Source of the DNA: Rhodothermales bacterium
GTDB taxonomy: Bacteria; Bacteroidota; Rhodothermia; Rhodothermales; JABDKH01
Assembly: GCA_013002345.1 (NCBI GenBank)
Contig: JABDKH010000196.1
Coordinates: forward strand, 5,160 to 69,159
DNA length: 64,000 bases
Direction: 5' to 3'
The notes under the pieces were generated by a model, which was not told the DNA's origin, did no database searches, and was given only the letters and a program-made list of their open reading frames with translations. The first letter of the stretch is position 1. Every line of letters begins with the position of its first letter. Made by a program: the position numbers and the translations under genes. Positions 47,250 through 57,462 of this stretch are shown piece by piece.

Positions 47250-48584
47250 TTGGGCGAACATCAGAAGCAAACAGGTCCAATCCACGTGAAAACACGGGAT
47301 TCAAATCACAACGCGTCAAGGTACAAGATTTTTTCGGATCCCGTTCATGGCTTCATCTCGGTTCCCCGGCAACCCATTCTTGAGCTGATACATACGCCTG
47401 AGGTTCAGCGACTCAGGCGGATTCGTCAACTCGGAGTCGGGTACCTCGTTTTTCCGGGCGCGGAGCATACGCGCTTCGGTCATGCGCTGGGTGCCATGGC
47501 GTTGATGCATGATGCGCTCGTGAACCTCCAGGAGAAGGGCACGCCCGTGTCGGGCGCAGAATTCACGGCCGCGCAATGCGCCGCCCTTTTGCATGACATC
47601 GGCCACGGTCCGTTTTCACACACCCTGGAGAACATACTCATCCGTGATTTCAGACACGAAATGATGAGCCGCGAGATGATCCTCAGGCTTGCCGACCGCT
47701 TCCCGGATCTCGATCTCGCGCTGCAGATCTTCGACGGCACATACGACCGACCCTTCTTTCATCAGCTGGTTTCGAGCCAACTGGACATGGACCGGCTGGA
47801 CTATCTGCGGCGCGACTCCTTCTATACGGGGGTGGTCGAAGGCGCCGTCGGCGTTCAGCGAATCATCAAGACCATACGCGTCCATCCGTCCGAGGGCGGG
47901 CCGGATTCATCCATCGTGATAGATGCGAAAGGAACGTATGCGGTTGAGAACTTTCTGATCGCGCGTCGCCTCATGTACTGGCAAGTGTATCTCCACAAGA
48001 CGGTTGTCGCCGGTGACCACGTTCTGCACTCGATCATAACGCGGGCACAAAAGCAGTTAGCCGACGGGGACTCCTACGTAGCGGATGTGTGTTCACCTGC
48101 ATTTCTGTTCTTCCTGAAACAGGATCTAACGAGTGAGGACATTCAGAGGGACGACGTGATTGAGATGTACTACGAACTGGATGATACAGACGTGCTGTAT
48201 TCGATCAAGCGCTGGGCAAGAACGTCCGACCCAATTCTGGCGGACCTGTGTGCACGGTTTTTGACGCGCGACTTCTTTCGCGTCTCATTCCTCGAAGAAG
48301 AACCCAGTGTGGAATCCATGGCCGCACGGAAAGAACGAGTCAGAGACTGGCTTGTCGCGACCGGCCTGTCGAGTATCGACGAATCGGAGAAAGATGTCGA
48401 CCTCTACTTTAGTGCTGCCCATTCTCGTCACTCTCCGTACGAGTCCGTAGAGGATTCAATAGTCGTAATGCAGAGAGACGGGCGACTGTACGAGTTGTCT
48501 GAGGGTGCAGATACGGCTGCCGTGTCCGCACTACGACGGTTCGAGATCAAACCGTACGTCAGTTGCCCGAGAGAAGTGATCTGA
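47250..48584 (+). CDS. HD-domain phosphohydrolase (dNTP triphosphohydrolase/SAMHD1-like family)
   Basis: KIFSDPVHGFISVP…EVQRLRRIRQLG…EHTRFGHALGAM…LLHDIGHGPFSH…LDMDRLDYLRRDSFYTG. Non-ATG start, exact start uncertain. Confidence 0.8.
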   Translation: MGEHQKQTGPIHVKTRDSNHNASRYKIFSDPVHGFISVPRQPILELIHTPEVQRLRRIRQLGVGYLVFPGAEHTRFGHALGAMALMHDALVNLQEKGTPVSGAEFTAAQCAALLHDIGHGPFSHTLENILIRDFRHEMMSREMILRLADRFPDLDLALQIFDGTYDRPFFHQLVSSQLDMDRLDYLRRDSFYTGVVEGAVGVQRIIKTIRVHPSEGGPDSSIVIDAKGTYAVENFLIARRLMYWQVYLHKTVVAGDHVLHSIITRAQKQLADGDSYVADVCSPAFLFFLKQDLTSEDIQRDDVIEMYYELDDTDVLYSIKRWARTSDPILADLCARFLTRDFFRVSFLEEEPSVESMAARKERVRDWLVATGLSSIDESEKDVDLYFSAAHSRHSPYESVEDSIVVMQRDGRLYELSEGADTAAVSALRRFEIKPYVSCPREVI

Positions 48585-48644
48585 CTCCAAAGAAGTTAGA
48601 ACCGCACCGCCAGCGAGTACTCAAAACCCACAATATTCAAGAGA

Positions 48645-49433
48645 ATGAACATTTCCCTAAAGAACCGCACGGCGCTTGTGTGTGGAAGTACGTCGGGAAT
48701 CGGACGTGCGTGCGCCGAGACGATAGCAGCGCAGGGCGCGAATGTGATCCTGCTCGCGCGTGACGCCGACAAACTCAGGACGGCTGCAGATACGCTGTCG
48801 ACTGACGCGGGACAACAGCACACCTACCTCCAGGCCGATTTTGCGGAACCGGACTCCGTTGAGAGTGTCGTGCGCGACGCCCTCCGACAACGAGGCCCTG
48901 TCGACATTCTCGTAAACAACACGGGCGGTCCCCACGGCGGTGCCATTGTCGACGCTGAACCCGACGAGTTCGAGCGTGCACTCCGGAGCCATCTGGTCTG
49001 CAATCATATCCTGGCAAGGCTTCTTCTGCCGGGAATGAAGTCTCAGAACTACGGACGAATCATCAACATCGTCTCTACCTCAGTGCGACAGCCTATTCCG
49101 GGTCTCGGAGTATCCAACACCACGCGGGCGGCGGTAGCCGCATGGGCCAAGACCTTGTCAAAAGAGGTCGCGGCCTTCGGCGTTACGGTGAATTGCGTTC
49201 TGCCAGGAGCCACGCGAACGGGACGCCTCGCATCGCTGATGAAGGACAGAGCTGATCGTGCTCAGACATCTATCGAAGTCGAAGAGCAACAGTGGATGTC
49301 TCAGATTGCCGCCGGCCGATTTGCCGAGCCAGAGGAAATCGGCTGGGCTGTCGCATTCCTCGCTTCCGCGGCGGCAGCCTACATTACAGGAATCAACCTT
49401 CCGGTCGACGGAGGCAGGATCGACTGCAACTGA
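48645..49433 (+). CDS. SDR-family oxidoreductase
   Basis: ALVCGSTSGIGRA (TGxxxGIG), NNTGG, and classical-SDR length of 262 aa. Confidence 0.9.
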   Translation: MNISLKNRTALVCGSTSGIGRACAETIAAQGANVILLARDADKLRTAADTLSTDAGQQHTYLQADFAEPDSVESVVRDALRQRGPVDILVNNTGGPHGGAIVDAEPDEFERALRSHLVCNHILARLLLPGMKSQNYGRIINIVSTSVRQPIPGLGVSNTTRAAVAAWAKTLSKEVAAFGVTVNCVLPGATRTGRLASLMKDRADRAQTSIEVEEQQWMSQIAAGRFAEPEEIGWAVAFLASAAAAYITGINLPVDGGRIDCN

Positions 49434-49458
49434 TACGCCTAACTGCTCGAGCTATCCC

Positions 49459-50718
49459 ATGACGTTTAGTCCCAACGAGTCGTATGCGCTCGCGCTCGAC
49501 GCAGACGATAAGCTTGCCGCGTTTCGCAGTCGCTTCCACATACCGACGGATGGCGAAGGACGCGAGCTCATTTACTTCGTCGGGCATTCTCTCGGGCTGC
49601 AGCCACACTCGGTGCGCGCGGCCATTGAGGCAGAGCTGAGTGCGTGGGCAAACCTCGGCGTCGACGCCCACTTCCGTGGCTCACTACCGTGGACACAATA
49701 CGGCGAAACTCTTGCTCCCCTCCTCGCCCCGGTCGTGGGAGGAAATGAGGACGAAGTCATCCTGATGAACGCGCTCACCGTGAACCTCCATCACATGATG
49801 ATCTCGTTCTATCGTCCAGGCGACACTCGTTTCAAGATTTTAATGGAGGAGCACGCATTTCCATCGGACCGATACGCAGTGGCTTCGCAGTGCGTGCTTC
49901 ACGGCTATGATCCCGCCTCGACTATAATCACGGTCCGCGCCCGACCGGGCGAACATACACTGCGAGACGAAGACATCGAGTCCGTCATCCAGGAACGCGG
50001 TTCCGAGATCGCCCTCGTCTTGCTAGGCGGCGTCAACTACTACACCGGACAGCTCTTTGACCTGGAACGCATTGCCCGAGCCGGTCGCGACGCTGGCTGC
50101 GTCGTCGGATTCGACCTCGCTCACGCTGCGGGGAATGTCGAATTGAAACTCCACGACTGGGATGTTGACTTCGCCGTCTGGTGCTGCTACAAGTATCTCA
50201 ATAGCGGCCCGGGGAGTCTCTCGGGTTGCTTTGTACACCAGCGACATTTTGCCGATCACGATATTCCCCGACTCAAGGGATGGTGGGGTGAAGGACTATC
50301 TAAACGCTTTCAGATGCATGGGTCCTTCGAGCCGATGCATGGTGCTGGTGGGTGGCAGATTAGCAACCCGAATGTCTTGTCGCTTGCTTCAATCCGCGCC
50401 TCGCTGGCTCTCTTTCACGAAGCGGGCCTGGACGAGCTTCGACACAAGCAGCGGAGACTCACGTCCTATGTCGAATATCTGCTAGATCACCACTTGCGCC
50501 GGGAAATCGAAATACTGACGCCAGCAGATGCGGTGCGGCGTGGATCGCAGCTTTCGCTGATGGTTCACGATGACGGTCGGGCCGCATTTGACCGGTTGAG
50601 GGAAAACGGCGTCGTCTGTGACTGGCGGAATCCGAATGTCATTCGGGTAGCGCCCGTTCCCCTGTACAATACGTTCCACGAGGTATGGCGATTCGTCAAC
50701 CTCATGAGGCGGAAGTGA
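49459..50718 (+). CDS. kynU: Kynureninase
   Basis: IYFVGHSLGLQP, FDLAHAAGNV, DFAVWCCYKYLNSGPG (PLP lysine context), RVAPVPLYNTF. Start at ATG 49459; the ORF-track extension overlaps the SDR gene. Confidence 0.9.
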   Translation: MTFSPNESYALALDADDKLAAFRSRFHIPTDGEGRELIYFVGHSLGLQPHSVRAAIEAELSAWANLGVDAHFRGSLPWTQYGETLAPLLAPVVGGNEDEVILMNALTVNLHHMMISFYRPGDTRFKILMEEHAFPSDRYAVASQCVLHGYDPASTIITVRARPGEHTLRDEDIESVIQERGSEIALVLLGGVNYYTGQLFDLERIARAGRDAGCVVGFDLAHAAGNVELKLHDWDVDFAVWCCYKYLNSGPGSLSGCFVHQRHFADHDIPRLKGWWGEGLSKRFQMHGSFEPMHGAGGWQISNPNVLSLASIRASLALFHEAGLDELRHKQRRLTSYVEYLLDHHLRREIEILTPADAVRRGSQLSLMVHDDGRAAFDRLRENGVVCDWRNPNVIRVAPVPLYNTFHEVWRFVNLMRRK

Positions 50719-50947
50719 GACCCACTGGCCATGGTGCCGACGCTCTACCCGCGGGACCGCCGACCGCGCCGCCGTGCCGGAGCCTCGGGATCGGATATAC
50801 TTGCGTCGTCCACGAAGGAAGGAACACGGTCACGCCGGACACTGGACGCTGATCAGGATTCGCGGTCTGCCTCTTTGGTGCACACGGAAAAGCGTCATGG
50901 CCAGTCCCGCGCAGCCGGTCGACGAAACGACCTGCAACCTGACGTGC

Positions 50948-51526
50948 CTACTTGGCTGGATTGTCGTCAAGGATGTAGATCTGATCCAGATTCCGACCGA
51001 GCTGTCCGTAGTCCAGTCCGTATCCAATAACGAAAAGGTCGTCGATTCGAAAGCCGACGTAGTCAAGTTCGATCTCGATCTGCGTGGCTTCATGCTTGTG
51101 CAGAAGCGTCGCTACACTCAGGGAGGCCGGTTCGTACTCCTGAAGCCGGTGCAGAATGAACTCGATTGAAAGCCCGGTGTCGACGATGTCTTCGACGACG
51201 ATGACGTGCCGGCCTTTTATGTCGGCGTCAATCTTCTTTAGTTCGCGCACTACGCCGCTGGAGATCTTGTTTGCTCCGTAACTCGAAAGCTTGAGGAAAT
51301 CGACTTCACAGTCCACATCTACAGACCGGAGAAGATCAGCCAGAAACATGAACGACCCGTTCAGGATTCCGATCAACACAGGGGTCTTGCCGGCAAAGTC
51401 ACGTGAAATCTCGGCACCGAGTTCATCCACCCGATTCTGGATCGTCTCGTCGCTCAGATACAGACGAAAACGTTCACCACGGCAGTACACGGCGGACTCT
51501 TTGCTCGTCAGATCAGTCGACTTCAT
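50948..51526 (-). CDS. hpt: Hypoxanthine phosphoribosyltransferase
   Basis: PRPP-binding motif HVIVVEDIVDTGLS, LKGSF-like GILNGSFMF, and DLFVIGYGLDY. Confidence 0.9.
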   Translation of the reverse strand: MKSTDLTSKESAVYCRGERFRLYLSDETIQNRVDELGAEISRDFAGKTPVLIGILNGSFMFLADLLRSVDVDCEVDFLKLSSYGANKISSGVVRELKKIDADIKGRHVIVVEDIVDTGLSIEFILHRLQEYEPASLSVATLLHKHEATQIEIELDYVGFRIDDLFVIGYGLDYGQLGRNLDQIYILDDNPAK

Positions 51527-51605
51527 GTTCCCGAGTGATGTTGTGAAATCAAGGATTGCTTGCGCAGGCAAACTAAGCGTCGTCGCTCAACATAAGAAAC
51601 GGCGA

Positions 51606-52976
51606 CTATGAAGACCGCGTCCGAAGAAAGCAGAGCATGACTGCGGCTCGGCTCGCATCGGAGATGGCGAATCGCGCTGAAAGGCTCAATCCAACCACCC
51701 ACGCCACGTGCTTGCCGGAGCGTACAACGAGCGACTTTTGCCGATCGAGCGTCGGCACCTTGAAATCCGTCAGCAAGTCACTCACCTTCTTCGATCCGGC
51801 TGAACCAAGAAGTGATATACGGTCTCCCTCCCTCCAACTACTCACGATTAGTTCACTACCGACTGCATCGGCGTCAAGGAACACCATATCGCGAGAACCC
51901 GAATCGAGCGTATCAGGAATGTCCGCAAGTCTCAGTGCACTGAGGATGCCCTCCGGTACACGGATAGTCTCTCCCACGGCCAGGGTCTTCGAGAACGATG
52001 ACTGAACGGCCATCACTTCTTCTGAGATCACAAACTGTAGTACCTCCCGCTCCCGAACAATAGCGAGCGTGCCAATCTGCACGCGCTTTCCCGGCTGCTG
52101 GTTGATCAGTTGCTCGATCTGGTCTGCGATGACCTTCGACCTGGGTACGTCGGGAGCAAAATTCGCCAACGCGTCCAGAATCAATCTTTTGCGAACTACT
52201 GAGGGCAATTCCCTCAGCTCTGCGAGATCGAGAACAGGCTCGTCGTTCTCTACGCCGCCGCTCTTCGGTACCGCATAACCGGAATCGACAAGTTGTCGAG
52301 CGATTGAGGCCATCCGCAGGATGTTCGGTACTGATGACGGGCCGAAGTGCTGCTGGACGGAAGGAATGATCTCCTGTCTTAGTGCGACGCGACGATACTT
52401 CAGGTTCTTGTTGGATGAATCTTCGCGCCAGTCCAGACCGGCCTCGTGTGCGTAGTCTTCGATCTCACTACGGCGGGCAAAGAGAAGCGGCCTAACGATC
52501 TGAATCGCCCCTGACCCAGCGGGCCTCACGACCGGCATTCCTGCCAATCCTTCGATCCCCGCACCGCGAAACAGATTCAGCAATACCGTCTCAGCCTGAT
52601 CGTCCGCGTGGTGAGCAAGGGCAATGAGTCCAATACCCCGGCGTTCCGCGTTCGCCTGGAATGCGTCGTACCGAATTTCCCGAGCGCGCTCTTGCACCGA
52701 GCCGCCGCCCGCGCCAACCATCTTGTCGCCGGCAGACACAACGATAAGGTCGAGACCGCGTTTGACGCAGAGATCCGAAACAAAGTCCTGGTCGGCGTCC
52801 GACTCGGAACCACGCAGCCCATAATTAACATGCACGCACAGAAGTTCAGCGGCGACTCGCTGCAAGAGGTCGACGAGCACGACGGAGTCGGCGCCACCGC
52901 TCAAACCGACCACGATCCTTCCTGTCAGGTCAAGCCGCTGCTCAGCAAGAAACCTGGTGAAATGGTCGTAGAGCAT
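51606..52976 (-). CDS. tilS: tRNA(Ile)-lysidine synthetase
   Basis: PP-loop VGLSGGADSVVL, LAHHADDQAETVLLNLFRG, RPLL motif. Confidence 0.9.
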   Translation of the reverse strand: MLYDHFTRFLAEQRLDLTGRIVVGLSGGADSVVLVDLLQRVAAELLCVHVNYGLRGSESDADQDFVSDLCVKRGLDLIVVSAGDKMVGAGGGSVQERAREIRYDAFQANAERRGIGLIALAHHADDQAETVLLNLFRGAGIEGLAGMPVVRPAGSGAIQIVRPLLFARRSEIEDYAHEAGLDWREDSSNKNLKYRRVALRQEIIPSVQQHFGPSSVPNILRMASIARQLVDSGYAVPKSGGVENDEPVLDLAELRELPSVVRKRLILDALANFAPDVPRSKVIADQIEQLINQQPGKRVQIGTLAIVREREVLQFVISEEVMAVQSSFSKTLAVGETIRVPEGILSALRLADIPDTLDSGSRDMVFLDADAVGSELIVSSWREGDRISLLGSAGSKKVSDLLTDFKVPTLDRQKSLVVRSGKHVAWVVGLSLSARFAISDASRAAVMLCFLRTRSS

Positions 52977-52999
52977 GATGAGGTCCGAAGATCTCGTTC

Positions 53000-54790
53000 C
53001 TAACGGCCGAAGCGTCGTGCGAGCTCTTCAATAGATACGCGAATCATGGTGGGTCGCCCTGCAGGGCATGTGTAGGGTGATGAGCAGAGAAATAGTTGGT
53101 CGACCAACGCACTCATTTCGGCGAGAGCCATACGGGTACCCGGGCGCACTGCGCCTCTCTTCGCAACGCTTCGTGCCAGGTTCTCTTCGCGAGACACGGG
53201 CCCGTTGCGCATGCCGCTGCGGAACTCCTCCAGCAACTCATGCAGCAGGTGCTCGGCAGCTGCCTGTTTTACATCCGTCGGGATACCCCTGACAATTACC
53301 GATCGTCCACCAAACTCCTCAATCTCGAAGCCGACCGAACGAAGCAGTGGCATTATTTCGCAGAGCAAATCGAAGTCTCCGGCCGGAAACTCAATGGTCT
53401 GCGGAAACAGGAGCTGCTGAGTCAGTCCGCGACCCGAATCGAGGCTGGCCAGTGCGTGTTCATAGATGATACGTTGGTGAGCACCGGACGGATCAATCAC
53501 AAGCAATCCTGAGCGCAGCGGTGTGACCACGTAGTAGTCGGCGATCTGCCAGAACCGTACCTCACCGTCACTCAGTCTACGTTCCAGTCGCGCTTCTCCG
53601 CCGGATGCAGTGAGCTCGTCCGGACCATAAAACGCATCTGCCCAGGATGATTCCGGAGCGGATCCCTCCGCCGCCGCTGCACCATCAAACGCGGGCCAGG
53701 ACCTGTCTCGCTCCTGTCCCGACATTCGATTATCGCCCTCATCCAGGGACGTGAACACCGATGGCATGAAACCCGGGAAACCGGTCTCATCGGAGACCTG
53801 CGGAATCAGATCTGCCATGCCAAGTGCTTTCTTCACCACTGCCTTGACAAAGCCGTACACGCCACGCTCGTCATCGAATTTGACCTCCGCCTTGGTCGGG
53901 TGAACATTGACATCCACGTGCTGTGGGTCCAGATCAATGAAAAGCACAAAGAACGGATATGCGGCTTCCGGCAGCATATTCTCGTAGGCTACCTTGACGG
54001 CATGAGCGAGATATCGGCTGCGAACGATGCGCCCGTTGACGAACAGGAACTGCTCGCTTGGGCTCTTTCTATGACGCTCGGGGCGCCCGACAAAGCCGTG
54101 CATCGTCAAATAACTCGTCGACTCTGAAACGCTCACCAGATCCCGTCCGACAGCGTCACCGAACACAGCAGAAATCCGCTGGCGGACACTGTCAGCGTCC
54201 CTGCCCACCGACACCGCGAGTATTTCGCTATGATCGTGATGAAGCTCAAACGCAATGGACGGATTCGAGAGTGCGAGAAACTGAACAGTCTCTACGATGT
54301 GCTTCAATTCCGTGGCGGCTGACTTCAAGAAGTTCCTGCGCGCCGGGACGTTGAAGAAGAGGTTTCGGACCGCCACGTTACTTCCTGCCGGAGCCGCGCA
54401 GGGCTCGAGGGTCCTGGTAACGCCGCCCTCAATTCGCACGAGACTACCAACGGCATCCTCCTGCCTCCTCGTCCGCAACTCGACTCGACTTACGGCCGCG
54501 ATGGAAGCGAGGGCTTCGCCCCGAAATCCCAGCGTTCTGATCCGCTCGAGGTCTTCGATAGCCCTGATCTTGCTCGTAGCGTGGCGATGAAAACACGCCG
54601 TTGCATCAGCGGCACTCATCCCGGACCCGTTGTCGACGACCTGAATCAGATCGCGGCCGGCCGATTTCGTGATCACCTGGACGCTGGTCGCACCGGCATC
54701 GATCGCGTTCTCAACGAGCTCCTTGACGACGGAAGCGGGACGTTGAACCACTTCGCCCGCAGCGATCTTGTTCGCCAGTATATCCGACAT
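53000..54790 (-). CDS. mutL: DNA mismatch repair protein MutL
   Basis: LANKIAAGEVVQRPASVVKELVENAIDAGA, DNGSGM, GFRGEALASI. Start preferred at ATG 54790; the ORF track uses GTG 54832. Confidence 0.93.
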   Translation of the reverse strand: MSDILANKIAAGEVVQRPASVVKELVENAIDAGATSVQVITKSAGRDLIQVVDNGSGMSAADATACFHRHATSKIRAIEDLERIRTLGFRGEALASIAAVSRVELRTRRQEDAVGSLVRIEGGVTRTLEPCAAPAGSNVAVRNLFFNVPARRNFLKSAATELKHIVETVQFLALSNPSIAFELHHDHSEILAVSVGRDADSVRQRISAVFGDAVGRDLVSVSESTSYLTMHGFVGRPERHRKSPSEQFLFVNGRIVRSRYLAHAVKVAYENMLPEAAYPFFVLFIDLDPQHVDVNVHPTKAEVKFDDERGVYGFVKAVVKKALGMADLIPQVSDETGFPGFMPSVFTSLDEGDNRMSGQERDRSWPAFDGAAAAEGSAPESSWADAFYGPDELTASGGEARLERRLSDGEVRFWQIADYYVVTPLRSGLLVIDPSGAHQRIIYEHALASLDSGRGLTQQLLFPQTIEFPAGDFDLLCEIMPLLRSVGFEIEEFGGRSVIVRGIPTDVKQAAAEHLLHELLEEFRSGMRNGPVSREENLARSVAKRGAVRPGTRMALAEMSALVDQLFLCSSPYTCPAGRPTMIRVSIEELARRFGR

Positions 54791-54875
54791 CACCTCAATG
54801 ATGCCGTCACGATCCACTCGGACTTCAGCCACGTTTCATCCCTGTCTACTGCTTAGGACGACTCCACTTCACGAG

Positions 54876-55100
54876 TTACATCTTTGTATAGAGGTACAGG
54901 GCTAGAATCAGCAACAAAGCCAGATATACGGCCACAGCCGGACTCCGACTCCTGCGTGCCCGACTCCTGACCCTCATACGCCGCTTTACGCTCTCGTCCT
55001 TGAACGGATCGTAGTATCGTGGCTCGTAGGAGAACCGACGATTCTGTGTTCTTTTGCCTGGAACGAAAATCCCCATTGCTTGCTGCGAAACTGCGGGCAT
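54876..55100 (-). CDS. Small basic protein with C-terminal membrane anchor (74 aa)
   Basis: …RRFSYEPRYYDPFKDESVKRRMRV…, then AVAVYLALLLILALYLY. Sits in the co-directional cdsA-mutL array. Confidence 0.4.
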   Translation of the reverse strand: MPAVSQQAMGIFVPGKRTQNRRFSYEPRYYDPFKDESVKRRMRVRSRARRSRSPAVAVYLALLLILALYLYTKM

Positions 55101-55156
55101 AACCTGACAGAAATATACCCGGCGTGCCTCGATATCGTTCCTTCGAGTACGACTTG

Positions 55157-55990
55157 CTAGAAGACGCGGGCAACGTACGCCAGATAGAGGTATGCCATCG
55201 GAACCGCGATAATCATAGCGTCAAGGCGATCCAACAGCCCCCCGTGGCCCGGCAGGATCGTTCCGGAATCCTTTACGCCGGCAGCTCGCTTAATACGACT
55301 CTCGGCAAGGTCGCCAAGCTGCCCGACCGTTCCGCATATGAGTCCAAGAGCGACGCAATCGATCCATCCGACCGAGACGAGGCTGAGTTTCCACAATCCC
55401 AACGCGACCATCACGGCCCCGATGGCGCCACCGACAGCACCTTCCCACGTCTTTTTTGGTGAGATCTCAGGTGCAAGCGGGGTACGCCCGAGCGTTCGTC
55501 CCACATAGTAGGCAACAGTATCGGATGCCCATACCAGCACGAATACCGACAGCGTCAGCCAGAAGGCGCTCTCCTCTCCAAGTGCAGCAAGCGCCTCGAC
55601 TCTGAGGTCAACGAGGTACGTCAGCAGCACGGTCGGATAGAATACCGCCGTCACGGTCGAGGAAAACGACTGCCACGGATTCTCAAATCTACTGGACAGG
55701 AGAATGCCGACGGCGAGAACGATAGACATCCCGACCGCCAAGGGGACGGCCTGCGGAAATTCGGTGCGCAACCCAACCACAGCACCAATTGCCAGACCCG
55801 CCACGGGAAGTGTCCGAACGCCGAGTCGGCCCAGTAGACCGTACAGTTCATACTGAGCAAGCAAACCGCCAGCCAGTACCAGACCGAGGAACAGCCACCC
55901 TCCTGCGTAGGTGGCATAGACCACCAGAGGAATCGCAACGACGGCCGTCGCAACGCGAGTGATGCTGTTGGGTAAACTCAAGACTGACAC
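55157..55990 (-). CDS. cdsA: Phosphatidate cytidylyltransferase
   Basis: Polytopic; SDTVAYYVGRTLGRTPLAPEISPKKTWEG and the signature LAESRIKRAAGVKDSGTILPGHGGLLDRLD. Confidence 0.9.
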   Translation of the reverse strand: MSVLSLPNSITRVATAVVAIPLVVYATYAGGWLFLGLVLAGGLLAQYELYGLLGRLGVRTLPVAGLAIGAVVGLRTEFPQAVPLAVGMSIVLAVGILLSSRFENPWQSFSSTVTAVFYPTVLLTYLVDLRVEALAALGEESAFWLTLSVFVLVWASDTVAYYVGRTLGRTPLAPEISPKKTWEGAVGGAIGAVMVALGLWKLSLVSVGWIDCVALGLICGTVGQLGDLAESRIKRAAGVKDSGTILPGHGGLLDRLDAMIIAVPMAYLYLAYVARVF

Positions 55991-56019
55991 CCTGCGCGGG
56001 ATGAGACCAGCACCAGGCC

Positions 56020-56388
56020 CTAATCCTCGTCAGGGCTGCTGAGATTGATGCGATCAATCCCCGTGTCAAGCCTGGACTGCTCTTCTTCGTCGTGCGCGGA
56101 CGGCGCGTCGGGGTCTGCTGCAAGAGCCGCACGCTCCAGAGCCGCATCGCTGATCGGAGTCGATGCCAGGATGCCACGTGCCTCCTCGGCCTGCCGCTCT
56201 GGCACGAGCACGACTACATTTGCCAGTTCCCCAACATTCAGATTGAACGCATGGTCGCGCCGCGTCAGTATCATGGCGTCGAGTCCGGAATCGTCCAGAC
56301 GATCTCGTACAAGATCCGCCTCGTAGTCCGTTCCCGAACTGAAGACGGCCACCCAACCTTCAAGACTCTTCTCGGTCATTAGGATCAC
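56020..56388 (-). CDS. DUF2007-like (putative signal-transducing) small protein
   Basis: WVAVFSSGTDYEADLVRDRLDDSGLDAMIL…LVPERQAEEARGIL fits the DUF2007 beta-alpha pattern. Overlaps the upstream CPBP gene end. Confidence 0.5.
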   Translation of the reverse strand: MILMTEKSLEGWVAVFSSGTDYEADLVRDRLDDSGLDAMILTRRDHAFNLNVGELANVVVLVPERQAEEARGILASTPISDAALERAALAADPDAPSAHDEEEQSRLDTGIDRINLSSPDED

Positions 56389-57436
56389 CTCGGTCGCGAC
56401 CTAGTGGGAAATCGTTGCCCGATCCGTCCGGCGGCAGACGGTCGGCTGCAATTACATTCATCAGGTGCACGGAGCCCGCAAGAAACAGGAAGCCCGCAAC
56501 AAGAAAGTACCATGGAATCTGTACGCTGTCCAGATCCTCCAGTGTCATATCAGGGCTTCTCGCTGCATATGTCCCAATGAGGATCGCGGCAGCATTGTTT
56601 GCAAAGTGAACGATTACTGCTGGTATAATGCTCCCGCTCCGCCACGTGATATAACCGAGATAGATACCGAGCACGGAGAGCGGAATGATCTTCGTAATCT
56701 GAAGATGGTAGGCGCCGAACACGATTCCGGTTATCGCAATGCCCCACAGGACTCCGGCAGTTCGCTCGACCTGACGCTGCACGTACCCGCGGAACAGAAT
56801 CTCCTCACAGATTGCGGGCGTGAGAGCAATCATCGCAATGTTGAAACCGAGCGCACCGGGCTTGCTCAACATACGTTCGATCGGTTCGATCATGAGGCGT
56901 TCGAACTCCCGAATAATGTCGGGAACCGGGATTGCTGCGTTAAGCTCACCCAGCCATTGGACAAGCGGGAAGAGCCCTGCGAGGCCAAGAACGGCGAGAC
57001 CCACCAGGCGATAATCCGCCTCTCTGAGTCGAAGGAAATCGGCCGAGCGACTCGAATGCAGTCGCGCAATGATGAGGGTCGGAACGGCCAGCGCCAGAAC
57101 CTGACCGATCGTGTTCGCGACAAGCAGAAGACTCGTGCGATCCGTGACGAGCGTGGTGATCGCGTCGAGCATCTCATCCAGGCCAACGTCTGACATCAAC
57201 AGCAACGCGAACGTTGCAATTGGCGCCACGACGACCTGAAACAGAATGAGAGCCATGAAAAGAACCAGTCCCGCCGTCAGCCATGGGGGGAAGCCGGCCC
57301 GCTCAAGCCGCCCGTCAAGCGGAATGGGATGGGATCGCCACTCATCGGTGACGTATGGCGCAGCGTGGCCAGTGCGAAGGTCTGGAATCTCTTCGAGCAT
57401 CGAACGTCGCGAGATGAGTGGGAACGAGATCGTCAA
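56360..57436 (-). CDS. CPBP-family intramembrane glutamic endopeptidase (CAAX protease/Abi family)
   Basis: Motif 1 CEEILFRGY, motif 2 FGAYH, motif 3 HFANN. Polytopic. Start is TTG 57436 or ATG 57400. Confidence 0.85.
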   Translation of the reverse strand: MTISFPLISRRSMLEEIPDLRTGHAAPYVTDEWRSHPIPLDGRLERAGFPPWLTAGLVLFMALILFQVVVAPIATFALLLMSDVGLDEMLDAITTLVTDRTSLLLVANTIGQVLALAVPTLIIARLHSSRSADFLRLREADYRLVGLAVLGLAGLFPLVQWLGELNAAIPVPDIIREFERLMIEPIERMLSKPGALGFNIAMIALTPAICEEILFRGYVQRQVERTAGVLWGIAITGIVFGAYHLQITKIIPLSVLGIYLGYITWRSGSIIPAVIVHFANNAAAILIGTYAARSPDMTLEDLDSVQIPWYFLVAGFLFLAGSVHLMNVIAADRLPPDGSGNDFPLGRDRGDPNDREES

Positions 57437-57462
57437 CCCCTACGGACGCGGGATTGTTCTCG

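Noticed and set aside
56465-57193. 242-aa plus-strand ORF
   Set aside because: Antisense shadow of the CPBP protease gene.
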